A stretch of 64,000 nt of DNA from assembly GCF_031381455.1 (NCBI RefSeq), contig NZ_JANMXZ010000048.1, positions 16,972 through 80,971 of the forward strand, in the 5' to 3' direction. The stretch's first letter is position 1. Each line of letters opens with the position of its first letter. The DNA is from Flavobacterium sp. GTDB lineage: Bacteria > Bacteroidota > Bacteroidia > Flavobacteriales > Flavobacteriaceae. Below the pieces are notes generated by a model, which made no database searches, was not told the DNA's origin, and saw only the letters and a list, made by a program, of their open reading frames with translations. Shown here one piece after another: positions 9,098-18,108 of this stretch. Made by a program: the position numbers and the translations under genes.

Positions 9098-9128
9098 TTG
9101 CACAACCAGAATAATCTTGCCATATTTG
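9098..9128 (+). promoter_or_regulatory. candidate Bacteroidota-type promoter for the cys leader (TTG ... cATATTTG)
   Basis: TTG at 9098-9100 and a 7/8 match to TAnnTTTG at 9121-9128, with 20-nt spacing. The uORF ATG lies 16 nt after the box. Confidence 0.35.
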
Positions 9129-9143
9129 TGTAATATAATTCAA

Positions 9144-9218
9144 ATGAAATCAAATTTTTTCCATAACAGTATTTGTTGTTGTTTCTCAAAAAAAGAGGAG
9201 TCATTTGTTATGGACTAA
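9144..9218 (+). CDS. candidate leader peptide MKSNFFHNSICCCFSKKEESFVMD (three consecutive Cys codons)
   Basis: Own translation: ATG 9144, TGT TGT TGT at 9174-9182, TAA 9216-9218. It sits upstream of cysE-cysK and overlaps the 5' arm of an antiterminator. Confidence 0.55.
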   Translation: MKSNFFHNSICCCFSKKEESFVMD

Positions 9219-9253
9219 TGCTATCATATAGTTTTTAAACAATGAGACTCTTC
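9195..9253 (+). promoter_or_regulatory. candidate antiterminator hairpin of the cys leader
   Basis: 9195-9202 pairs with 9246-9253 (8 bp including one G-U), and 9203-9209 pairs with 9238-9243 after an internal loop. It sequesters the 5' arm of the terminator. Confidence 0.5.
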
Positions 9254-9279
9254 AATTTTTTGAAGGGTTTTTTGTTTTT
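9246..9279 (+). terminator. intrinsic terminator in the cysE leader (attenuator)
   Basis: Core stem cttcaa/ttgaag (9250-9255 / 9260-9265) extends to about 10 bp (9246-9255 / 9260-9269) with a tttt loop. The run ttttttgttttt follows, and the cysE ATG lies 30 nt downstream. Confidence 0.65.
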
Positions 9280-9308
9280 AGAGCATTCTCAAAATCAAAT
9301 TTTATACT

Positions 9309-10133
9309 ATGAAATCAGTAAACAAAGCAATATACCAATCCAATTTTCTGGAAAAGAGAATTTTGCTGAATAAAAAGAAAGCTAAATATTGGATCAATGA
9401 ACTAACCTATTGGCTGTTTTGTTCCAACAAAGAATATATTGAATATGATTTTTTCGAACAAAAAGAGGTTGAACTAAAAACGGTTTTAAAAGAATTATTA
9501 GAGCAAGAAGAGTTTTCAAATGAGGAATCAACTCAGTTAACAGAAGATTTCTTCAGTACTATTAGTGAAGTCTACAAAAAGCTTTTGCAGGATTTAAAAA
9601 CAATTTTGGCTTTTGACCCAGCTGCCAAATCAAGGAATGAAGTCTTGATTGCTTATCCAGGTTTTTTTGCCATAACAGTGCATAGGGTTGCGTATGTTTT
9701 ATGGAAGAAAAACGTGTTTATTTTGTCCCGATTCATTGCTGAATATGCCCATAGCAAAACAGGAATCGACATTCATCCAGCAGCAACCATAGGAGAAAGT
9801 TTCTTTATTGATCATGGAACTGGAATAGTAATAGGTGAAACAGCAGTTATCGGTAAAAATGTAAAAATTTACCAAGGCGTAACTTTGGGAGCGTTGACAG
9901 TAAGCAAAGACAAAGCCTCAGAAAAACGTCATCCTACTATAGAAGATGATGTTGTGATTTATGCCAATGCCACTATTTTAGGAGGCAATACCACTATTGG
10001 TAAAGGCGCTGTAATTGGCGGGAATGTTTGGATTACGAATTCTATTCCGGCACAATCTTTAGTTTTTCATAAAAGTGAAATCATTATAAAAAATATTCAA
10101 AACTTCCCTGAAGCAATAAATTTTAGTATTTAA
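9309..10133 (+). CDS. cysE: serine O-acetyltransferase
   Basis: 274 aa with left-handed beta-helix hexapeptide repeats GIDIHPAATIGESFFIDHGTGIVIGETAVIG and VIYANATILGG. Confidence 0.9.
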   Translation: MKSVNKAIYQSNFLEKRILLNKKKAKYWINELTYWLFCSNKEYIEYDFFEQKEVELKTVLKELLEQEEFSNEESTQLTEDFFSTISEVYKKLLQDLKTILAFDPAAKSRNEVLIAYPGFFAITVHRVAYVLWKKNVFILSRFIAEYAHSKTGIDIHPAATIGESFFIDHGTGIVIGETAVIGKNVKIYQGVTLGALTVSKDKASEKRHPTIEDDVVIYANATILGGNTTIGKGAVIGGNVWITNSIPAQSLVFHKSEIIIKNIQNFPEAINFSI

Positions 10134-10148
10134 TTTAATAAAAAACAT

Positions 10149-11057
10149 ATGAAAGCAAACAACATTTTAGGAACCATCGGCAATACGCCCGTTGTAAAAT
10201 TGAGTCGATTATTTGAAAACAGAAATGTTTGGATAAAATTGGAACGAAACAATCCAGGAAACAGTATCAAGGATAGAATTGCCTTAGCTATGGTTGAAGA
10301 CGCTGAAAAGAAAGGGCTTTTAAACCCTGATAGTGTCATTATTGAGCCAACTTCGGGTAACACCGGAATTGGATTAGCATTGGTAGCTGCCGTAAAAGGA
10401 TACAAAGTTATTTTGGTTATGCCCGAATCGATGAGTGTCGAAAGAAGAAAACTAATGGAAATCTACGGAGCTGAATTCGAATTGACACCTCGTGAAAAAG
10501 GAATGAAAGGTGCTATCGAAAGAGCAGCGGAACTCGTTAACGAAACCCCAAACTCTTGGTCACCAAAACAATTTGAAAATCAAGCGAATATTGATATTCA
10601 TAAAACTACTACAGCATTGGAAATATTAGCCGATTTCCCTGAAGGATTGGATTATATCATTACCGGAGTTGGAACTGGCGGGCACATTACAGGTGTTTCC
10701 GAAGTTTTAAAAGAAAAATTTCCAAATCTAAAAGTCATTGCTGTCGAACCTGAATTATCTCCTGTATTAAGCGGTGGTAGTCCATCGCCACACCCAATAC
10801 AGGGAATTGGAGCCGGGTTCATTCCTCAAAATTATCATGCCGCTGCTATCGATGAAATCATTCAAGTGAGTAAAGATGAAGCTTACGAATTTGCCAGAGC
10901 TATTGCCAAAAAAGAAGGAATTTTGGTTGGCGTTTCTTCGGGAGCTTCTTTGGCGGCTGTTGCCAAAAAACTGCAAGAGATTCCAAATGATGCCAGTGTA
11001 TTGACTTTTAATTATGATACAGGAGAAAGATATTTATCCATAGAAGGATTGTTTTAA
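10149..11057 (+). CDS. cysK: cysteine synthase A (O-acetylserine sulfhydrylase)
   Basis: 302 aa with PLP-lysine block NPGNSIKDR, plus TSGNTG and [10 protein letters not shown]. Confidence 0.9.
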   Translation: MKANNILGTIGNTPVVKLSRLFENRNVWIKLERNNPGNSIKDRIALAMVEDAEKKGLLNPDSVIIEPTSGNTGIGLALVAAVKGYKVILVMPESMSVERRKLMEIYGAEFELTPREKGMKGAIERAAELVNETPNSWSPKQFENQANIDIHKTTTALEILADFPEGLDYIITGVGTGGHITGVSEVLKEKFPNLKVIAVEPELSPVLSGGSPSPHPIQGIGAGFIPQNYHAAAIDEIIQVSKDEAYEFARAIAKKEGILVGVSSGASLAAVAKKLQEIPNDASVLTFNYDTGERYLSIEGLF

Positions 11058-11080
11058 TTTTTCAATCAAAATATTTCATA

Positions 11081-11109
11081 AAAAACACCTTTTTGCAAAG
11101 GTGTTTTTT
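11081..11109 (+). terminator. intrinsic terminator after cysK
   Basis: aaaaacaccttt-ttgc-aaaggtgttttt. Confidence 0.7.
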
Positions 11110-11136
11110 CGTAAGTTTATGGCTTATAACATCAGT

Positions 11137-11853
11137 ATGCGAATCGGTCTTTTCATCATAACATTTTTTACTACGCTTAGCATTTTTGCTCAGGAAACTG
11201 AAATCAAGAAAGAGGTTAAAGATGAAATTGATTTTGATGCCATTGATTCGTTATATCGCGAAGACCAATTTTATTTAAACATTACTTATAACGCATTACA
11301 GAAGCGTCCTGATGGTATTACCCAAAACAAACTTTCTCCGGGAATTGCTATTGGTTTTTTGAGAGATATGCCCATTAATAAAAAACGAACAGTTTCTATA
11401 GCAGCTGGTTTGGGCTATACATTGGCGATTTACAATCAAAATTTAGGAATTACAGAAACAAATGGGGCATATACCTATCAGGTTTTGGATTCTGGGGTTT
11501 CATTTACCAAAAACAAATTATCATTTCATTATATTGATTTGCCTATAGAATTCAGATGGCGAAACTCGACTCCTGAAAGTCATATATTTTGGCGCGTTCA
11601 TTCTGGAGTAAAATTGAGTTATCTTTTTTATGACCAATACAAATCGGTTTCGTCAAGCGGGACAGTTACCATTTCTAACAATAAGGATTTGAATCAATTT
11701 CAATATGGAGTTTATTTAGCTTTTGGTTGGAATACCTGGAATTTCTCTGCTTATTATGGGTTAAATCCGTTGTTTAAATCTTCAGCCAAAATAGACAGTC
11801 AATCGATTAATATGAATACAATCAATTTCGGTCTGATGTTCTATATTCTATAA
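11137..11853 (+). CDS. outer-membrane beta-barrel (porin-family-like) protein
   Basis: Signal peptide MRIGLFIITFFTTLSIFAQ, beta-strand periodicity, C-terminal FGLMFYIL. I chose the internal ATG because the 11101 start lies inside the cysK terminator. Confidence 0.6.
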   Translation: MRIGLFIITFFTTLSIFAQETEIKKEVKDEIDFDAIDSLYREDQFYLNITYNALQKRPDGITQNKLSPGIAIGFLRDMPINKKRTVSIAAGLGYTLAIYNQNLGITETNGAYTYQVLDSGVSFTKNKLSFHYIDLPIEFRWRNSTPESHIFWRVHSGVKLSYLFYDQYKSVSSSGTVTISNNKDLNQFQYGVYLAFGWNTWNFSAYYGLNPLFKSSAKIDSQSINMNTINFGLMFYIL

Positions 11854-12453
11854 CCAAAAATAGAGTAAAATACTTTGTGGAATCACGCCACACAAAAAAC
11901 CAACAAACAATTCTTTATTTGAATGTGCTTTCATAACTAAACGCGAAGAAGCAACAAGTCCATTCATCACTACAAAAAAAGTAACCATATTGATGGTGTT
12001 AATTTGGTTATGAATGCTTAACCCAATTATAAAAACGGTTAGTGAACTAATGCCAATCATGTGAATACTCGCTTTGAATTTGGCATACAATAACAGAAAT
12101 GCAAAAATGGTACTTAACAATCCTCCAACAAAAAAGAAATACAAGCTTGGAAATCGGTCAATCGTGATGCTTTTTTCTATTAAAACCGCAAATAGCATTA
12201 GCTGTAATAACAAAGGAATTTTACGTTGCGAAATATCAGAAAGCATGACACTTTCTATTTTTCCGAAAGTTCTCAGGAGATAAAAAAACGCAATGGGTAA
12301 TAGGAAAGTAATGATGATTATTTGCAGAAAAAGAATGAAGTATTGTGGTAAAGTAAAATACCGAGCTTCGAGCAAAACATAAAAAAAAGTTCCTAAAAAC
12401 GGAATGAAAATAGGGTGAAAGAGATACGAAAAAAAAGGAAGGATTTTTTTCAA
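11848..12453 (-). CDS. polytopic membrane protein, PAP2-phosphatase-like
   Basis: 201 aa with about 6 TM segments. SIHMIG and SRLVMKAHSNKE resemble PAP2 motifs PSGH and SRx5Hx3D/E. This is a weak call. Confidence 0.45.
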   Translation of the reverse strand: MKKILPFFSYLFHPIFIPFLGTFFYVLLEARYFTLPQYFILFLQIIIITFLLPIAFFYLLRTFGKIESVMLSDISQRKIPLLLQLMLFAVLIEKSITIDRFPSLYFFFVGGLLSTIFAFLLLYAKFKASIHMIGISSLTVFIIGLSIHNQINTINMVTFFVVMNGLVASSRLVMKAHSNKELFVGFLCGVIPQSILLYFWL

Positions 12454-12463
12454 AGTGCTATTG

Positions 12464-13933
12464 TTAAATCTTTTTCCTCATTCTGGCCACAGGAATATCA
12501 AGCAAGTCTCTGTATTTAGCAATGGTTCTTCGGGCAATTGGATAGCCTTTTTCTTTTAGGATTTCGGCCAACTGATCATCAGGCAAAGGTTTGTTTTTGT
12601 CTTCTTCTTCGATAATGTTTTTCAGAATTTTTTTGATTTCAAGCGTAGAAACATCTTCGCCCTGATCGTTTTTCATGGATTCCGAAAAATACTCTTTTAT
12701 TAATTTGGTGCCATAAGGTGTGTCGACATATTTACTATTCGCAACACGGGAAACCGTAGAAATATCAAGCCCAACCATATCGGCGATGTCTTTCAAAATC
12801 ATTGGTTTCAATTTGGTTTCTTCGCCATCAAGGAAATATTCCTGCTGGAAATGCATAATCGCATTCATCGTTACAAAAAGCGTTTCCTGACGTTGTCGAA
12901 TTGCATCGATAAACCATTTGGCTGAATCCAATTTTTGCTTGATAAACTGCACCGCATCTTTTTGCGAATTCGATTTGTCTTTGGAGACTTTATAGGTTTG
13001 CAGCATCTCCTGATAATCTTTGGAAACGTGCAAAGTTGGAGCATTTCTACCGTTCAACGTAAGTTCTAATTCGCCATCAACAATTCGGATAGCAAAATCG
13101 GGAACAATTTGTTCTACCGTTCGGCTGTTGCTGTCAAAAGCACCACCTGGTTTTGGATTTAATTTTTCAATTTCTTCAATCGCCTTTTTTAGTTGCTCTT
13201 TCGAAATTTCGTACGTTGACTGAAGTTTTTCGTAATGTTTTTTGGTAAAAGCATCAAAATTGTTCTCTATAATATTGATTGCCAAATCAACATATTCTGT
13301 TGGCGTTTTGTGTCGGAGTTGTAATAACAAACATTCGTGCAAATCTCTTGCGCCAACACCGGAAGGCTCTAAGTCATGAATGATATGCAGAATTTTTTCC
13401 ACGCTTTTTTCATCCGTATAAACGCCTTGTGTAAACGCCATATCGTCTACAATGTCTTGAACATTTCTGCGCAAATAACCATCATCATCAATACTGCCAA
13501 CCAAAAATTCAGCGATATCGCGCTGTTCATCCGATAAGATAAAAGTATTTAACTGATTGATTAAATCTTGGTGAAAACTTGTTGATGCCGCAAAAGGCAT
13601 TTGTCGTTCTTCATCATCGTCACTATAATTATTGGCCTGCAATTTATAATCGGGCGTTTCGTCGTTACTTAAATATTCATCAATATTGATTTCGTCAGTG
13701 TCAATGTTGTCGCTACCTTCATAATCATCATAATCATCTTCATTATTGTCGAATTCATCTTTCTCATACAATTCTTCCTCTTCTTTACCACTTTCCAAAG
13801 CCGGATTTTCTACCATTTCCTCTTTGAGTCGTTGCTCAAAAGCCTGCGTAGGCAATTGTATCAACTTCATCAACTGAATTTGTTGAGGTGATAGTTTTTG
13901 TGATAATTTTAGATTTAGAAACTGCTTTAACAT
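12464..13933 (-). CDS. rpoN: RNA polymerase sigma-54 factor
   Basis: 489 aa with an N-terminal Gln/Leu-rich region, an acidic linker, an HTH, and the RpoN box ARRTIAKYR. Confidence 0.9.
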   Translation of the reverse strand: MLKQFLNLKLSQKLSPQQIQLMKLIQLPTQAFEQRLKEEMVENPALESGKEEEELYEKDEFDNNEDDYDDYEGSDNIDTDEINIDEYLSNDETPDYKLQANNYSDDDEERQMPFAASTSFHQDLINQLNTFILSDEQRDIAEFLVGSIDDDGYLRRNVQDIVDDMAFTQGVYTDEKSVEKILHIIHDLEPSGVGARDLHECLLLQLRHKTPTEYVDLAINIIENNFDAFTKKHYEKLQSTYEISKEQLKKAIEEIEKLNPKPGGAFDSNSRTVEQIVPDFAIRIVDGELELTLNGRNAPTLHVSKDYQEMLQTYKVSKDKSNSQKDAVQFIKQKLDSAKWFIDAIRQRQETLFVTMNAIMHFQQEYFLDGEETKLKPMILKDIADMVGLDISTVSRVANSKYVDTPYGTKLIKEYFSESMKNDQGEDVSTLEIKKILKNIIEEEDKNKPLPDDQLAEILKEKGYPIARRTIAKYRDLLDIPVARMRKKI

Positions 13934-14008
13934 ATTTGTTTGTTTATGGTTTGTTGTTTGTGGTTTATAGTTATCTACAAACTATAAACCATAAACTATA
14001 AACATTTT

Positions 14009-15442
14009 TTAGAATTCTGCATTTTGTGGCGTTCTTGGAAATGGAATTACGTCGCGGATGTTTGTCATTCCAGTTACGAATAATACCAATCTTTCAAATC
14101 CTAATCCGAAACCTGAATGCACTGCCGAACCAAATCTTCGTGTATCTAAATACCACCAAAGTTCCTCTTCGTCAATGCCTAAGGCTTTCATTTTTTCAAC
14201 CAAAACATCATAACGTTCTTCTCTTTGCGAACCTCCAACAATTTCTCCAATTCCGGGGAAAAGAATATCCATGGCGCGAACGGTTTTTCCGTCTTCGTTC
14301 AAACGCATGTAAAATGCTTTGATGTTGGCTGGATAATCAAACAAAATCACCGGACATTTAAAGTGTTTTTCAACCAAATATCTTTCGTGTTCACTTTGTA
14401 AATCGGCGCCCCATTCGTTGATGATATAACTGAATTTTTTCTTTTTATTCGGAGTAGAATCTCTTAAAATATCAATAGCTTCGGTATAAGATACACGTTT
14501 GAAATTGGTTGACAAAACGAAGTTTAATTTCTCCAATAAAGACATTTCGCTTCTTTCAGCTTGTGGTTTTTGTTTTTCTTCTTCAGCTAAACGACCTTCA
14601 AGGAATTTCAAATCTTCGGCACATTTATCCATCGTATATTTAATTACATATTGGATAAAATCTTCAGCCAAATCCATATTGTCATTCAAATCATTGAAAG
14701 CCACTTCCGGTTCAATCATCCAGAATTCAGCCAAATGACGCGAAGTATTTGAATTTTCAGCTCTAAATGTTGGTCCGAAAGTATAAATCTGTCCCAAAGC
14801 CATCGCAAAAGTTTCCCCTTCTAATTGTCCCGAAACCGTTAGGTTTGTATGTTTCCCGAAGAAATCTTTTTTGTAATCAATGTTTCCTTCTTCGTTTTTT
14901 GGCAAATTGTCTAATGGCAATGAGGTTACTTGGAACATTTCTCCCGCACCTTCGGCATCGGCACCCGTAATTACAGGAGTATTCACATACACAAAACCTT
15001 TTTCCTGAAAATATTGATGCACCGCAAAAGCCAAAACCGAACGCACTCTCATAATCGCTCCGAAAGCATTGGTACGAACACGTAAATGTGCATTTTCACG
15101 CAAGAATTCCAATGAATGTTTCTTTGGCTGCATCGGGAATTTCTCGGCATCAGAATCGCCTAAAATTTCTAATTTAGAAACCTGGATTTCATATTTCTGA
15201 CCGGCACCTTTACTTTCTACCAAAGCTCCGGTTACCGAAACTGCAGCTCCGGTTGTAATTCTTTTCAAAATTTCTTCAGGCGTGTTTTCAAAATCGACAA
15301 CACACTGAATATTATTAATTGTCGAACCATCGTTCAACGCTATAAATTGATTGTTTCTAAAAGTTCTTACCCAACCTTTTGCATTTACTTCTGTAATCGT
15401 TGTTTCACCGTTTAGTAAGCTTTTAACTTTTGTATGTTTCAT
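14009..15442 (-). CDS. asnS: asparagine--tRNA ligase
   Basis: 477 aa with an OB-fold N-terminus and class II motifs ([34 protein letters not shown]). Confidence 0.95.
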   Translation of the reverse strand: MKHTKVKSLLNGETTITEVNAKGWVRTFRNNQFIALNDGSTINNIQCVVDFENTPEEILKRITTGAAVSVTGALVESKGAGQKYEIQVSKLEILGDSDAEKFPMQPKKHSLEFLRENAHLRVRTNAFGAIMRVRSVLAFAVHQYFQEKGFVYVNTPVITGADAEGAGEMFQVTSLPLDNLPKNEEGNIDYKKDFFGKHTNLTVSGQLEGETFAMALGQIYTFGPTFRAENSNTSRHLAEFWMIEPEVAFNDLNDNMDLAEDFIQYVIKYTMDKCAEDLKFLEGRLAEEEKQKPQAERSEMSLLEKLNFVLSTNFKRVSYTEAIDILRDSTPNKKKKFSYIINEWGADLQSEHERYLVEKHFKCPVILFDYPANIKAFYMRLNEDGKTVRAMDILFPGIGEIVGGSQREERYDVLVEKMKALGIDEEELWWYLDTRRFGSAVHSGFGLGFERLVLFVTGMTNIRDVIPFPRTPQNAEF

Positions 15443-15501
15443 TTAAATATCAGATATAAAATTTTAAATAGTAGATGTTATAATCTAAACGCAAATATAA
15501 T

Positions 15502-17922
15502 TTATTTATTGTTCATTTCCAGTTCGTCAATTTCCTCATCTGTGCGTTCCAAAATATCGATAGTTGGTTCTGGTAAATCCTGTTCATTAGCCAATCTTTT
15601 ATTCAAGGTTAAAACCAATGACGGAAGCAAAACTAAATTAGACAACATTCCGAAGAATAAGGTTAGTGCAACTAATCCGCCTAAGGCAACCGTTCCGCCA
15701 AAACTAGACAGCATGAATACCGAAAAACCAAAAAACAAAATGATTGAAGTATAGAACATGCTGATTCCAGCATCCTCAAATGTGGCAAAAACGGATTTTT
15801 TGATTTTCCAGTCGTTGCGCGATAATTCGAGTCGGTATTGTGCCAAAAAGCGCAAGGTATCATCGACCGACATTCCGAAAGCAATTCCGAAAACTAATAA
15901 AGTTGATGGTTTTAACGGAATGCCCAAAAAGCCCATCAATCCAGCGGTCATCAATAATGGTAATAGATTTGGAATTATCGAAACCAAAACCATCTTAAAC
16001 GATCGGAACATAATGGCAACCAACCCTCCGGTTAGGAAAAAGGCAAACAATAATGAAGACAGTAAATTGTCTAATAAGTATTTAGTTCCTTTTTGGAATA
16101 CCGATGCTTTCCCCGTTATGATAACTTCATATCTTGGCGAAGGAAATAATTTATTCACTTTGTTCCGAATGTGCGCTTCAATAGCTTCCATTCGTTCCCC
16201 GTTTTCGTCTTTGATAAATGTTGTCATTCTGGCCACACTTCCATCTGCAGTAATGTAACTTTTCAGTTGATTGTCTTTGTCGTTTTTAAGTGAGTTTTTG
16301 ATATATGGCAACAAGAAAATTTCTTCTTGAGATGATGGTAAAGTGTAAAAATCCGGATTTCCATTGTAATACGCCTGATTGAAACTTTTGGCAATATTTA
16401 CGATGGACAACGGCTTTGAAAGTTCGGGAATATCGGAAATCGTATGTTCCAATTCTTCCATTTTTCTCAGATTGGATAGCTTCATTGCACCATTTTTCCT
16501 CTTGGTATCAATCATGATTTCCAAGGGCAGCACGCCGTCAAATTCCTTTTCGAAGAAACGGATATCATCAAAAAACGCTGTCTTTTTAGGCATATCTTCC
16601 AAGATACTTCCCGAAACCTTGATTTCGTATATTCCGACAATTCCAAAAACTAGCAAACAAACAGCGGTAATGTATACGCCAATACGCTTGTATTTCACTG
16701 TATTTACTATCCATCTCAAAAACGACGTCAAAGACTCACGTTCTAAATGTCCGAGATGCCTCTGAATTGGAGGCGGAATATAACTGAAGAAGACAGGGAT
16801 AATTAGCAAACTCAGTAAATAGATAGCCATAATATTGATCGTAGTAACTACGCCAAATTCTCTCAACAATACATTATTGGTTGCAATAAACGTTGCAAAA
16901 CCAACTGCAGTTGTAATATTGGTTATCAATGTTGCGGTTCCGGTTTTGGTAATTACACGTTGTAATGCCTTAGCCTTATTGGAATGTTTGTGGTATTCCT
17001 GATGGTATTTATTGATAAAGAAAATACAATTCGGGATTCCGATTACGATAACCAATGTTGGAACCAAAGCAGTCAATACTGTAATCTCGTAACCCAAGGC
17101 ACCAATTATTCCAAATGACCAGACTACACCGATAATCACGACAATAAGTGACGCCATTGTTGCTCTGAACGAACGGAAAAAGTAAAAGAAAATCAGTGAA
17201 GTGATTAGCAAAGCTGCTCCAATAAACAAACCAATTTCGTCGATAATGGTTTTGGCATTCAACGTTCGGATATAAGGCATACCCGAAGTATGTAATTCGA
17301 TTCCGGTTGTTTTTTTAAATTTGGCAAGAGCCGGAATTAAATTGTTCAAAACGTATTCCTTTCGGGCTTTCGTATTGACAATCTTTTTGTCTAAGTAAAT
17401 GGCAGAGCGGATTGCGCCTGTTTTTTTGTTGAACAACAAGCCTTCATAAAAAGGCAGTTTGGTGAATAGTTCTTTTTGAATCTGTTTCAGATAGCCTTCG
17501 TCCTGAATTTTGCTGTCATCCACCAATGGTTTTAATTCGAATTTTTCAAGCGAATCATTTTTGGTAAGTTTTTGCAGATTATCTACTGAAACTACTAGAC
17601 TTACTTCTTTACTTGACTTGATAGTATTCATCAAATCGCGCCATTCAAGATAAACTTTCGGGGTAAATAGTTTTTTGTCTTTGGTTGCAATGACAATCAA
17701 ATTGCCTTCTTCACCAAAATGATCCAGGAATTTATCGTAATCTAAATTTACTTTGTCGTTAGCAGGAATTAAATTGGCTTCTGTTTGCGTAAACCGTATG
17801 TGTTTGAATTGCGTTATCAGCATTCCTGTAACGACAAGAATACCTATTATAATAGCAATACGATTTCTTAAGATTATCCGAGCGATAAATTCCCAAAAAC
17901 CAATACCTGACAACTTTTTCAT
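15502..17922 (-). CDS. RND/MMPL-superfamily exporter
   Basis: About 806 aa with two 5-6 TM bundles, each preceded by a large loop (SSD-like architecture). I prefer ATG at 17922 over the TTG at 17943. Confidence 0.7.
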   Translation of the reverse strand: MKKLSGIGFWEFIARIILRNRIAIIIGILVVTGMLITQFKHIRFTQTEANLIPANDKVNLDYDKFLDHFGEEGNLIVIATKDKKLFTPKVYLEWRDLMNTIKSSKEVSLVVSVDNLQKLTKNDSLEKFELKPLVDDSKIQDEGYLKQIQKELFTKLPFYEGLLFNKKTGAIRSAIYLDKKIVNTKARKEYVLNNLIPALAKFKKTTGIELHTSGMPYIRTLNAKTIIDEIGLFIGAALLITSLIFFYFFRSFRATMASLIVVIIGVVWSFGIIGALGYEITVLTALVPTLVIVIGIPNCIFFINKYHQEYHKHSNKAKALQRVITKTGTATLITNITTAVGFATFIATNNVLLREFGVVTTINIMAIYLLSLLIIPVFFSYIPPPIQRHLGHLERESLTSFLRWIVNTVKYKRIGVYITAVCLLVFGIVGIYEIKVSGSILEDMPKKTAFFDDIRFFEKEFDGVLPLEIMIDTKRKNGAMKLSNLRKMEELEHTISDIPELSKPLSIVNIAKSFNQAYYNGNPDFYTLPSSQEEIFLLPYIKNSLKNDKDNQLKSYITADGSVARMTTFIKDENGERMEAIEAHIRNKVNKLFPSPRYEVIITGKASVFQKGTKYLLDNLLSSLLFAFFLTGGLVAIMFRSFKMVLVSIIPNLLPLLMTAGLMGFLGIPLKPSTLLVFGIAFGMSVDDTLRFLAQYRLELSRNDWKIKKSVFATFEDAGISMFYTSIILFFGFSVFMLSSFGGTVALGGLVALTLFFGMLSNLVLLPSLVLTLNKRLANEQDLPEPTIDILERTDEEIDELEMNNK

Positions 17923-18108
17923 AAATCCTAAAATGGGTTGCAAAGGTAATCAAAACGGCAAAAGAAGTAGACCATTTGCATAAAGTTTTCCTTAATTTAT
18001 GCGAGATTAAATGGCTAATTTTAAATAATTGTTAATAGCATAAAAAAAACTAAAAAAAATCAGCTTGTTTTTAGCATCTTTGTATGCACAAGCGGCAACT
18101 ATTTTTGG

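Noticed and set aside
9061-9308. Known riboswitch (SAM or other) upstream of cysE
   Set aside because: I could not recognise any conserved riboswitch core (no SAM-I four-way junction or kink-turn signature). The region is better explained by the uORF plus alternative hairpins.
15758-16258. 166-aa plus-strand ORF; the same reasoning applies to 19575-20009, 38888-39241, 43559-43951 and 16379-16765
   Set aside because: All are antisense to long, motif-supported genes (the RND exporter, antiporter, pckA and epimerase genes). These are shadow ORFs, typical of AT-rich DNA.
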